Virus record (IMG/VR): IMGVR_UViG_3300033066_000410
Coordinates: 21,391 to 85,390 of that record
DNA from: a virus
Taxonomy: Duplodnaviria > Caudoviricetes
Reading direction: 5' to 3' (one strand)
DNA length: 64,000 bases
The notes below the pieces were generated by a model, which was not told where the DNA came from, ran no database searches, and was given only the letters and a program-made list of their open reading frames with translations. Position numbers and translations under genes: made by a program. Below, one piece after another: positions 55,254 to 63,094 of the stretch. Numbering within the stretch: the stretch's first letter is position 1; the number at the start of each line of letters is the position of its first letter.

Positions 55254-55905
55254 CGCCCTCTACGAGTTCTTTGCTCCAACTGCCTATAAACCGGTTAGGG
55301 TCTTTTTGCTTGCTCACCATAAGTTTACGATAGCTCTTTTCAAGCTCTACCATCTCGAAGTAATAATCTACACATATAAAGGGCCATATATCCAACCAAA
55401 CACAGTTGAATTTTATCTTCTTAGGTGTCTTGCACCACTCGTAAGCATCCGCATGTATTATCTTTAGCTTTGGGTGCTTTACATACGGCTCTATAAGTTT
55501 TATTAGGTCAAGCTCTAGTTCCAACACTGTAACAGAGCTAACCTCTTTTTTATTAAGTATAGCATGTAAAACCATTCCCATTCCCAAGCCGGCAATAAGA
55601 ACATCACCATGTGCTTTCTCTACAAATTCTGTATTTGTTCGCTGCTCCATCGGCGTGTCACTCATCCATATTCTTGCGTTCCTATTTTCAAGGAACTCAC
55701 TATCGCTTAATTTGTTTATTTCACGTTCTAGTAGAATGCAATAAGGGTAGTTAGGCTGTAGCCCTCGGGATAACCAAGGGTGCCCATCTAATCTGTGCTT
55801 CATCTGTTCAACTTTTACCTGAGTTTCAGTTAAAGAGTTGTGTAGTATTTTAAACCTACCGCTTTCTATCCCGTCAGGGAGAATTTTGTGCATCTCAGGG
55901 AACAT
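55162..55905 (-). CDS. class I SAM-dependent methyltransferase-like (spermidine-synthase-like fold)
   Basis: WMSDTPME, VLIAGLGMG, VTVLE, DA, WLDIW motifs. Confidence 0.75.
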   Translation of the reverse strand: MFPEMHKILPDGIESGRFKILHNSLTETQVKVEQMKHRLDGHPWLSRGLQPNYPYCILLEREINKLSDSEFLENRNARIWMSDTPMEQRTNTEFVEKAHGDVLIAGLGMGMVLHAILNKKEVSSVTVLELELDLIKLIEPYVKHPKLKIIHADAYEWCKTPKKIKFNCVWLDIWPFICVDYYFEMVELEKSYRKLMVSKQKDPNRFIGSWSKELVEGDAKKMLKRRREYKNLFGTEKLPFYALTKKD

Positions 55906-55908
55906 AGC

Positions 55909-56322
55909 CTATAGGTGCTCTCGGTTATTCATTATATACATCATATCAAGCACCGCATCAGGTGGTGCCGGTAGTGGTTTCATAGCGGTAGTTCCATCCA
56001 TGAATAGCCACCGTTTATGCTGTAGCAAGAAAGCGTGAATACGTATGCCAATCCAGTCGGCAGCTAAGAACTCACCAAACGCCTTGTTTGCTTTGTGTGC
56101 GTCCTCTTTAAGTGATAACTCTCTTTTGTAGTCCATCCCTGTTACGCGGATATACTCTCTTAGCTCATCTTCCGTCTCCATCGTAGTAATTAACTCAAGA
56201 GCTTTGTAGTAGCCTCTTCTAAAAGGCTCATACATTTCCTCACTTGGCATTTTAAGTGTGCCAAAATGTTCGTCTGCCAACTCGCAGGTTCTACGTTTAA
56301 ATTCGTCAAATAACATCTCCAT
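55909..56322 (-). CDS. hypothetical protein
   Basis: tiling minus-strand ORF. Confidence 0.55.
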   Translation of the reverse strand: MEMLFDEFKRRTCELADEHFGTLKMPSEEMYEPFRRGYYKALELITTMETEDELREYIRVTGMDYKRELSLKEDAHKANKAFGEFLAADWIGIRIHAFLLQHKRWLFMDGTTAMKPLPAPPDAVLDMMYIMNNREHL

Positions 56323-56335
56323 CTTTGTGTAGGTA

Positions 56336-56626
56336 TTAACAGTTTAATAAATAATGTTTTCTCTTTCTAGGAAACTCATTGCAAGCGCACGGGTTTGTTT
56401 CCCCTGAGTGAAAATTTTTGTCTTCGCTCATAGTCCACTTGGAAGATATACCGGTTGGGTGTTCTCTGTTCATATAGTTTTCTATACGCTTTTTACTTAC
56501 CCCGACCCTTGCACACGCCGAAGCAGCGCATAGCCCTATTCCTATAGCAACAACATCGCCTAAGTCTTCTTCTTTAATATTGCTTACAGGATTTTTTCTA
56601 CCTGCTGCTTTTTTCTTTGTTGCCAT
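56336..56626 (-). CDS. conserved phage hypothetical protein
   Basis: N..HPTGISS.W...F..G.TNPC.C...P..KHYLLNC. Confidence 0.6.
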   Translation of the reverse strand: MATKKKAAGRKNPVSNIKEEDLGDVVAIGIGLCAASACARVGVSKKRIENYMNREHPTGISSKWTMSEDKNFHSGETNPCACNEFPRKRKHYLLNC

Positions 56627-56642
56627 TTTTATATATTTTAAT

Positions 56643-56650
56643 CAAATATA
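56643..56650 (-). promoter_or_regulatory. promoter -7 element TATATTTG
   Basis: exact match. Confidence 0.65.
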
Positions 56651-56678
56651 AGATAAATTGGCTAATAAAAAAAATACT

Positions 56679-56981
56679 TTATTTATGAGGGCTATTCGCT
56701 ATATCAATTACGTTAGGTTTTTCTATCCATGCGCCTATTTTATTGATAAGCTCAAATGCTTCAACCAATGGGAATTTAGCTCCGGTTATCTGTATAGTTT
56801 TAGCATCTTCTAGTGGAGACTTTGGAACTAAAGAGCCTGCGCCTATGTAAGCTCTAAGGTCTCCAACACTATCAGCACACACAATAATTCCAATAGTTCC
56901 TATAGAGGCTGAACAGGTAAACCATGTGTAGCCGAGTATTCTCTTTTTCATTAACTCTTTATTAAGTCGGTGGAAACGCAA
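56679..56981 (-). CDS. hypothetical protein
   Basis: IGIIV......KAYIG...ED...I...GAKFP pattern. Confidence 0.55.
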   Translation of the reverse strand: MRFHRLNKELMKKRILGYTWFTCSASIGTIGIIVCADSVGDLRAYIGAGSLVPKSPLEDAKTIQITGAKFPLVEAFELINKIGAWIEKPNVIDIANSPHK

Positions 56982-57175
56982 ATGTTTATTCCTCCGTCTA
57001 CCATAGCATCTGCGTGAGATATTGGAGAGTCTTTACACTGCTCCATTGTTATCTTTCCGCTAAACTTTATACGCAGCACTGTGCCGCCTAAAGGAGAATG
57101 AACCCATATAGTGTTTCCACCATTTACAAATTCAAGCTCTGCTACTTTTATCTTAACTATTTCTCCCTGTTTCAT
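56951..57175 (-). CDS. hypothetical protein
   Basis: EF.NGGNTIWVHSP.GGTVLRIK motif. Confidence 0.55.
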   Translation of the reverse strand: MKQGEIVKIKVAELEFVNGGNTIWVHSPLGGTVLRIKFSGKITMEQCKDSPISHADAMVDGGINICVSTDLIKS

Positions 57176-57507
57176 AAATCCCGCATTTGCCCTTTTTCAA
57201 CCTTGGCTACAACAACAAAGGCTTTCTCAAGCTCTGCCATAACATGCCGAAGGTGCTCTGCACTATCTATAATACCGTTTTCATGGGCCTGAGCTATGTT
57301 AGCAGCCAAGCCGGAGACAAAACAATAGGTAAGTGCCTTGGTTCCTTCAAGAGTGAGGTCACCATCTTTTGTGTAGGCTTCCTCATCTAAGTTATCGCCT
57401 ACACCTAGGCGGATATTGCACTCTTTTAATGTGTTTTTGGAGGTTTTACCGTCCTTGTTTTCCAAAACTATTTGTGCGTAGCCTTGGAAAGATAATTCGT
57501 AACTCAT
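57172..57507 (-). CDS. hypothetical protein
   Basis: tiling minus-strand ORF. Confidence 0.6.
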   Translation of the reverse strand: MSYELSFQGYAQIVLENKDGKTSKNTLKECNIRLGVGDNLDEEAYTKDGDLTLEGTKALTYCFVSGLAANIAQAHENGIIDSAEHLRHVMAELEKAFVVVAKVEKGQMRDL

Positions 57508-57511
57508 CTTT

Positions 57512-57796
57512 TTAAATTTTACTACTTCGTGATTTAATACTTTTTAGCCCTTCTTCAAATGTCGGAGCACTACAAGCAATAAAGTTACCGGATAAAGCAC
57601 TCCATCCATCTACAACACCTTGTGAATCTCTATAAAGAATATAGAACTTCCTAGGGTCTATTTTATATTGCTCTGCTATCTCTTCAACAACGTTCTCTAT
57701 ATCGTTTGTGACTGAGCACCTACCTAAATTAAGGTCTTCGATAAAGATTGTTTTCTCCTCATCATCTACTTGAAATCTGTAATCTGATTTGCTCAT
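57512..57796 (-). CDS. conserved phage hypothetical protein
   Basis: IEDLNLG..SVTNDIE...ILYRDSQG..DG. Confidence 0.6.
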   Translation of the reverse strand: MSKSDYRFQVDDEEKTIFIEDLNLGRCSVTNDIENVVEEIAEQYKIDPRKFYILYRDSQGVVDGWSALSGNFIACSAPTFEEGLKSIKSRSSKI

Positions 57797-58128
57797 ACAA
57801 CTCTTGGGTATTTTATTATGTCCTCTTCTTCTACGATTTTAATATCTATCCAACCGATTCCAACATACTCTTTTACTACGTTGCCTAGAATTACCCTTTT
57901 AGGTATCTTAGGTGAATTTGTTACGCTGAGTTTTTGGAACTCATCAAATTTTATCGTGCTCCCCTTAGATACGTCTACTTCAACTAAATACTTTCTTTTG
58001 CATTTGTTGCTTTTGTCTAGGCCCCAATTAACCATATAGGTATCACGCATAGCCTTGGCTACACAGCCTATTCCTAGTTGTGTAAGCCTTATATGTCTTA
58101 CTAGAGTATTCTGCTTTAGTGCTTTCAT
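57793..58128 (-). CDS. hypothetical protein
   Basis: KEYVGIGWI motif. Confidence 0.55.
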   Translation of the reverse strand: MKALKQNTLVRHIRLTQLGIGCVAKAMRDTYMVNWGLDKSNKCKRKYLVEVDVSKGSTIKFDEFQKLSVTNSPKIPKRVILGNVVKEYVGIGWIDIKIVEEEDIIKYPRVV

Positions 58129-58700
58129 GGTAGTTTAAGTTCTTTACGTATCTCTTCCCCGCGCTCTTTTGTTAGCTTAACCCCACTATCCCAATACTCT
58201 ACTTCTAAGTAGGGCTTATCGGGAACCAAGTAACGCTTTACGGGAATTATGTGAAATCCTGTTATGTGAACAAAGGCAAAACAAACCGGCCTAGAGTTGA
58301 GAACCGTAGGGTCTACAAAAATAACGTTTTGGTCTGCCACACGCTCTTTCAGCTTTTCTGCGTCTGCCTTGCCATTATAGCTGCTCATGGCTAAATATGG
58401 GCACACAAGAAGAGCATACGTCCCGCATTCATGGTGTATCGGTGTATCTATATAGGCTCCTTGCGGGTGGAAGGCAGACATTATCCCGCCTAGCAGCCAC
58501 ATATCTTCTTTTAGGTAACCTCCGCAGATGGCGCAGCGTTTTTCCGCGATAGCCTTTTCAACCATCTTGGCATCGTTCACAGTAAACATAGGCTTGTTGA
58601 ACTTATCCCACATTACTATGTAAGGAACCGGTAACCCTCTTGCGTCCTTCTTCATTCCCTGCATTTTTGGCGGCAGAGGCACCTCTTTCCAATTTCTCAT
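58125..58700 (-). CDS. Zn-binding conserved phage protein
   Basis: RGLPVPY...CAICG...HHEC..YAL.VCPYL. Confidence 0.65.
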   Translation of the reverse strand: MRNWKEVPLPPKMQGMKKDARGLPVPYIVMWDKFNKPMFTVNDAKMVEKAIAEKRCAICGGYLKEDMWLLGGIMSAFHPQGAYIDTPIHHECGTYALLVCPYLAMSSYNGKADAEKLKERVADQNVIFVDPTVLNSRPVCFAFVHITGFHIIPVKRYLVPDKPYLEVEYWDSGVKLTKERGEEIRKELKLP

Positions 58701-58933
58701 TCTCCGTCTTTTTCAAAGTTTGACCTAATAAGTGCCTTTGATGAATCTATAGCTTTGTCTAGTGACTCCTCTAATTCAGCATCCCCGCCTCTTTTCTTTA
58801 CATCACTTTTAACCTTTTTTAGAAGCAAGTAAATCTTAATGCTAAGAATTACATTTCTTATAAAAGGAGCAACAAAAAAGTAGCCGAATAAAAACGCGCT
58901 AATAATTGCTGTGAACCATAGAAATCCTACCAT
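58697..58933 (-). CDS. membrane protein
   Basis: N-terminal TM helix. Confidence 0.55.
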   Translation of the reverse strand: MVGFLWFTAIISAFLFGYFFVAPFIRNVILSIKIYLLLKKVKSDVKKRGGDAELEESLDKAIDSSKALIRSNFEKDGE

Positions 58934-58934
58934 A

Positions 58935-59282
58935 CTATAAATTTTTATTTTGACCTGGCTTTTTAAATTCTCCTTTATGTGAGTGATACTCTAAGAACTC
59001 CTTAGTGCTCTTAAAACAATAGCCCGCCCCAACTTCGCCTTTAATTTCTATCTGAGCGGCCCTTACTGTCGGGTTTCGGGATAGCTTTAGCATGTTATTG
59101 TAGATATGCAGAACGCCCCTACAAAACCTCTCAGGATTCATGTGACAAGCAACAGGGGTATCGGTAAGAAAGTATTGCTCATACCGTTCTACTCCTGTTG
59201 CTATATCAGCATCTCCAAGCCACCCCTTAGCTGCCGTTTTTCGACATGGGCATTCTTTACATGGTTTACTTAGTGCCGGCAT
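58935..59282 (-). CDS. Cys-rich hypothetical protein
   Basis: PCKECPC ... CH ... CRG. Confidence 0.6.
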   Translation of the reverse strand: MPALSKPCKECPCRKTAAKGWLGDADIATGVERYEQYFLTDTPVACHMNPERFCRGVLHIYNNMLKLSRNPTVRAAQIEIKGEVGAGYCFKSTKEFLEYHSHKGEFKKPGQNKNL

Positions 59283-59592
59283 CTCTTTCTTTTTTCTTCT
59301 TTACATAACGAGGAGGTATTAGCTTCTTCGCGATAATTTTAATCTCTCTATAAATTGGGTCAACGCTTATTAAGTATGTCTTAATATCATCTACCAACTT
59401 ATCCCAATCCTTCTCGGGTATCTCCAGTTCTATTTTTAAGAACTGGTCTTCATGTTTATTATCCTGCGTTCCCTCAGAATAGAAAACTCCGAACCGGTAG
59501 TTTAACCCATACTTGGTTATAAAATAGGAACTAACCAATGCTTTAGCTGCTTTCAGCTTACTCATTCTTAAACTCATCTCTGTTACCTCCAC
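59266..59592 (-). CDS. hypothetical protein
   Basis: tiling minus-strand ORF. Confidence 0.55.
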   Translation of the reverse strand: MEVTEMSLRMSKLKAAKALVSSYFITKYGLNYRFGVFYSEGTQDNKHEDQFLKIELEIPEKDWDKLVDDIKTYLISVDPIYREIKIIAKKLIPPRYVKKKKERDAGTK

Positions 59593-60085
59593 TGGCCTGC
59601 TTGACCATTTTTTCTATTTTTAAGCGGTTCTCCGCCAAATCAGGAGGTATACGATTACTAGGGAATTTTCTTTGGGTCTCTCCAAAAATACTAGCCCCGT
59701 CAACAACACACCTTTCCGTAAATCCAAAAGGGAATCTTACCGTAGGGTCTTCAAAAACCCATAGGTGAAACTGGTTAGCTCCATCTACAAGCCGGCTCTC
59801 TGCGGGGAAAAGTTCACAACCTTCGTTCTCAGGCCCAACCAGTTGATTTTTTATCCATTGAAAATCCCGCCAGTCAGGTTTTGCCTGACGGTCATTTCTT
59901 CTAATGGATAGCCAACACATTGTTACTGGTTTGCCCTCATTAGATAATCCTGTTGGTTGATTTCTTTTAACGATAACTGTATAAGTATCGTTTGCCCACA
60001 TTTCATCTCCTAACGATTCTATAGCTCCTTTAAGGTGCTTTATCTTAGGGTTGGGTATTGCTGTTACTGCGTATAGCTCCTGCAT
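59558..60085 (-). CDS. conserved phage protein (DUF7694-like)
   Basis: WLSIRR.D...DWRDFQWIKNQLVGPE.E..ELFPAESRLVD.AN.FHLW. Confidence 0.65.
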   Translation of the reverse strand: MQELYAVTAIPNPKIKHLKGAIESLGDEMWANDTYTVIVKRNQPTGLSNEGKPVTMCWLSIRRNDRQAKPDWRDFQWIKNQLVGPENEGCELFPAESRLVDGANQFHLWVFEDPTVRFPFGFTERCVVDGASIFGETQRKFPSNRIPPDLAENRLKIEKMVKQASGGNRDEFKNE

Positions 60086-60103
60086 TTCTTCCGTCTTTTA
60101 TTT

Positions 60104-60367
60104 TTACTCCGGTGTTTTAAATCTTTCTTCGGCTCCTGCTAACGCTGCTGCTAGCCCTTTGAATATCTCTGCCGATGTTTCTATAACAACATGCGTCCCA
60201 TCGGGGAGCACAGTATGTAAACCTACAGATGCTTTACCTGATTTCATTCCTCCTTCAACTATCGCCATCTCTAAGTTATCTACAACTTCTAGTTTCGCAG
60301 TTTGTGGAATATCGAAAGCCGGTTTACTATCTGACTTTCTTTTAATTATAATTTTTCCTACTGGCAT
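60104..60367 (-). CDS. hypothetical protein
   Basis: GGM.SGK.SV motif. Confidence 0.55.
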   Translation of the reverse strand: MPVGKIIIKRKSDSKPAFDIPQTAKLEVVDNLEMAIVEGGMKSGKASVGLHTVLPDGTHVVIETSAEIFKGLAAALAGAEERFKTPE

Positions 60368-60368
60368 A

Positions 60369-60671
60369 TTACGCTTTTTTTAAGTTAGTGGGCTGTCTGT
60401 TCCACTCATCGAAATCAGCCTCATCTCTAAATTCATAAATGGCACCGATTGTAACACTATCAGCCTGAGATTGCTTTATTACAACTCTTTCGATGTCCGC
60501 CTTATTCACAAACTTATTATCGCCCGTAAAACAGGTTAATTCTCCGTCTAGTGCTAGCAGCTTACTGTCGCCCCTAGGGTTCTGTGGTGTTACCACTCCC
60601 CCTACTTTCTTTTGTGCGGTGTAAGCTACTCTGAAATAGCGTCTACTTTTCTTTTCTTCCTCTGTTGCCAT
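60369..60671 (-). CDS. hypothetical protein
   Basis: first gene after a promoter. Confidence 0.55.
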   Translation of the reverse strand: MATEEEKKSRRYFRVAYTAQKKVGGVVTPQNPRGDSKLLALDGELTCFTGDNKFVNKADIERVVIKQSQADSVTIGAIYEFRDEADFDEWNRQPTNLKKA

Positions 60672-60688
60672 TTAATTTTTATTTAAGT

Positions 60689-60696
60689 CAAATATA
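60689..60696 (-). promoter_or_regulatory. promoter -7 element TATATTTG (extended GACTTAAAT)
   Basis: near-identical to the conserved early promoter. Confidence 0.7.
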
Positions 60697-60717
60697 ATAT
60701 AATTAAGTAAAAAGCGG

Positions 60718-61149
60718 TTAACCAATAGTAGAAATAGTGCAAGAAGTTGTGCAGGTCTCCTCAATGGTAACTGTTATTCCTACATGGGCGATTTCCTTAG
60801 ACAGAAGATACTTTAATAGCCTATCATATATCTCCTTAGCTATAGTTTCACAGGTAGGATTTCCTATGGTAGTTACATACGCGCTATTTTCCAACTCACA
60901 GAAAGCTATAAGGGCTTCATCTTCCTGTGCTAGTATCAACTTATGGTCATAGTGCATTTCTATTTCTTTTGTGAAGTAGCCCAACTCTCCAAAGTCTACT
61001 GCCATATCGTATTTATCGGTTCCTAGCATTTTAACTGCTATATGCCCGTTCCACGAATGTCCATGCACACTTGAGCATTTTCCTACATATCCTTTTATTA
61101 GCCGGTGGGCCGATTCAAACCTGAACTTTTTTGTTATAGTGTATTGCAT
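60718..61149 (-). CDS. queD: 6-carboxy-5,6,7,8-tetrahydropterin synthase
   Basis: F.FESAHRL, C..VHGHSW, DFG, YDHK, NPT.E.IA motifs. Confidence 0.9.
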   Translation of the reverse strand: MQYTITKKFRFESAHRLIKGYVGKCSSVHGHSWNGHIAVKMLGTDKYDMAVDFGELGYFTKEIEMHYDHKLILAQEDEALIAFCELENSAYVTTIGNPTCETIAKEIYDRLLKYLLSKEIAHVGITVTIEETCTTSCTISTIG

Positions 61150-61153
61150 GTGC

Positions 61154-61498
61154 TTAGTATTTTTGACCTACTCTTCGTCCGTCAGGATAGTGAACCTCTG
61201 TTTTAAATTTTTCTAACGGCAAGAAATACTGTTGACCATGAGAGCCGTAACTTCTGACCTCAGCATTCCTAGCAAAGTGCCTAGGTGTGCAGGTATAGAC
61301 TATATTATTCTCATCATCAAGTATTCGTATCTGTTCACAGTCTACAATAAAGCTATCAAAGGCATCTTTGTCTATACCCCAAGCATTAAGTATAACCAGC
61401 AAGTGCTTAGACTTTTTTACCCGCTTGTAAAAAATATTGGCATTAATGCTGCCTACCTGAATTTGCTTACCGTTAGCGTCGTTTGTGAATATTATCAT
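61154..61498 (-). CDS. conserved phage hypothetical protein
   Basis: F.K.VKKSKHLL...NAWGID motif. Confidence 0.6.
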   Translation of the reverse strand: MIIFTNDANGKQIQVGSINANIFYKRVKKSKHLLVILNAWGIDKDAFDSFIVDCEQIRILDDENNIVYTCTPRHFARNAEVRSYGSHGQQYFLPLEKFKTEVHYPDGRRVGQKY

Positions 61499-61989
61499 TC
61501 TAAAAAGTTGTCACCTTCGTTTAACCAATTAAATGTAGAAGTCTTAATAGTCAATGGTAGGTCTACCGGATGCAGGTCTTTTCCTTTAGCTGTGTGTATG
61601 CGTATGCCTTTAAGGATAAAACTGGAAACTTGCTCGGACTCGCCCTCTAACACACCATCACCAACATACCCAAGTGCCTCAGTCCTTCCTAGGCTGTTAT
61701 TGGTGAAGTCGTTTAAATATATAAGAACTTCTCTTCCGTCCGGTAGCAGTTTAAAATTTGTCTCTAGCTGAGTTTTTGTTTTAGCTGCGACTCTATTAAG
61801 GTCTTTGTCGCTCGACTTCCCCATAAAATATATGAACATAGCCTTATTAGAAGTCTCTTTAATGCTGCCAAAAATACTAAGTATCTTATCTAGCTTTGCC
61901 TTGCTCATAGTAGGACTTGTATTTTTTGGTGTGGCTTTTTTCCCGACCTGCATTCTCGAACCAACGAGTTTAGAATAATCAATGCCCAT
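61495..61989 (-). CDS. hypothetical protein
   Basis: tiling minus-strand ORF. Confidence 0.55.
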   Translation of the reverse strand: MGIDYSKLVGSRMQVGKKATPKNTSPTMSKAKLDKILSIFGSIKETSNKAMFIYFMGKSSDKDLNRVAAKTKTQLETNFKLLPDGREVLIYLNDFTNNSLGRTEALGYVGDGVLEGESEQVSSFILKGIRIHTAKGKDLHPVDLPLTIKTSTFNWLNEGDNFLE

Positions 61990-62365
61990 TATACTCGTCC
62001 CGCATTTTTATATACTCGTTAACTGCCTTATTCCACTTTCTCCAACTAGTTATGGTGCCATCCATGTTCTGATAGTTAAACACTTTTGTAGCTGTATATA
62101 GCAGCGTTTTGGTTTTATTCAACTCAGTAAATATTTGAAGAATGGCGCAAACAGTATCTCCGTAAACAACTAAGTCAGAAGGGTCGTTAGATATTTTCCC
62201 GTTCTTATACTTTAGCTCTACGAAATACTCGTATTCGGGTTCGTCAATAAAAACACAGGACATCATTTTAATCTCCTCTATCTCTGCTTTAACCTCTTCT
62301 TGGGCCTCTTGCGTGAAAGCCATAAATGGCAACGCAACAATAAGTAGTGTGTATAGTTTTTTCAT
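61979..62365 (-). CDS. Sec-signal-peptide hypothetical protein (likely start MKKLY)
   Basis: MKKLYTLLIVALPFMAFT|QE. Confidence 0.55.
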   Translation of the reverse strand: MKKLYTLLIVALPFMAFTQEAQEEVKAEIEEIKMMSCVFIDEPEYEYFVELKYKNGKISNDPSDLVVYGDTVCAILQIFTELNKTKTLLYTATKVFNYQNMDGTITSWRKWNKAVNEYIKMRDEYNGH

Positions 62366-62427
62366 ATTCTTTATTTTATAACCAACCAAATGCTGCGGCT
62401 TTTTCTTCTATTGACATTATAAGCTAT

Positions 62428-63018
62428 TTAAACAAATTTGAACTCGGCTCCGGCGTAGCCAAATAAATTATTTATCTGTGGTAGCGCCTCTTCACTAACC
62501 CCATCCGGTATTTCTATTTCTCCGCGCTTCTTTAGCTGTGAATACATACACTCCGCCTCTACATTTGTCATAGAAAAACAATGCTCAAATATAGACTGTA
62601 TAGCCGTGGCTGAAATGTCGGAGTTATCAAACAACAATATTCTTTTGTCTCCTGAAAATTTCTCAGGCAAGTTTACTGAATCTATTGGAACCATAAAACT
62701 TGGCGGAAACATTAAAAACTCAAAGTTGTCCATAGTAAAAAGAGGTGCTATCTCATCGTCAATAATGCACTCAGAATAAGTTGCAAAATCATCCTCGTTA
62801 GTAACCCCCTCTATGGTTAGGTATGTTTTGTAAAGGTGGTCTCTGTAACTGTAGTTATTAGCAGCTACAAAATCTCTGTATTCTTTTCCCGTCACTGTAA
62901 AGATTCTCTGTAGTTTACAAACACCTTCGTTTTTTCTATTAAAGGCGCAAATGTATTCCCACAACCATCTAGGTAGCTCTTTCCCTCTCGTATTTAATAG
63001 TAGTGTAGTTAAGAACAT
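62428..63018 (-). CDS. hypothetical protein with possible ClpS-like C-terminal domain
   Basis: ILLFDNSDISATAIQSIFEHCFSMTNVEAECMYSQLKKRGEIEI resembles the ClpS core pattern. Confidence 0.45.
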   Translation of the reverse strand: MFLTTLLLNTRGKELPRWLWEYICAFNRKNEGVCKLQRIFTVTGKEYRDFVAANNYSYRDHLYKTYLTIEGVTNEDDFATYSECIIDDEIAPLFTMDNFEFLMFPPSFMVPIDSVNLPEKFSGDKRILLFDNSDISATAIQSIFEHCFSMTNVEAECMYSQLKKRGEIEIPDGVSEEALPQINNLFGYAGAEFKFV

Positions 63019-63047
63019 GCTTGGGTTTTCCTTTATTATTTGTTAGT

Positions 63048-63055
63048 CAAATATA
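63048..63055 (-). promoter_or_regulatory. promoter -7 element TATATTTG
   Basis: exact match. Confidence 0.65.
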
Positions 63056-63094
63056 GTAATTCCCCTAAGTATCTTAAAACGTATTGGAGTTAAA

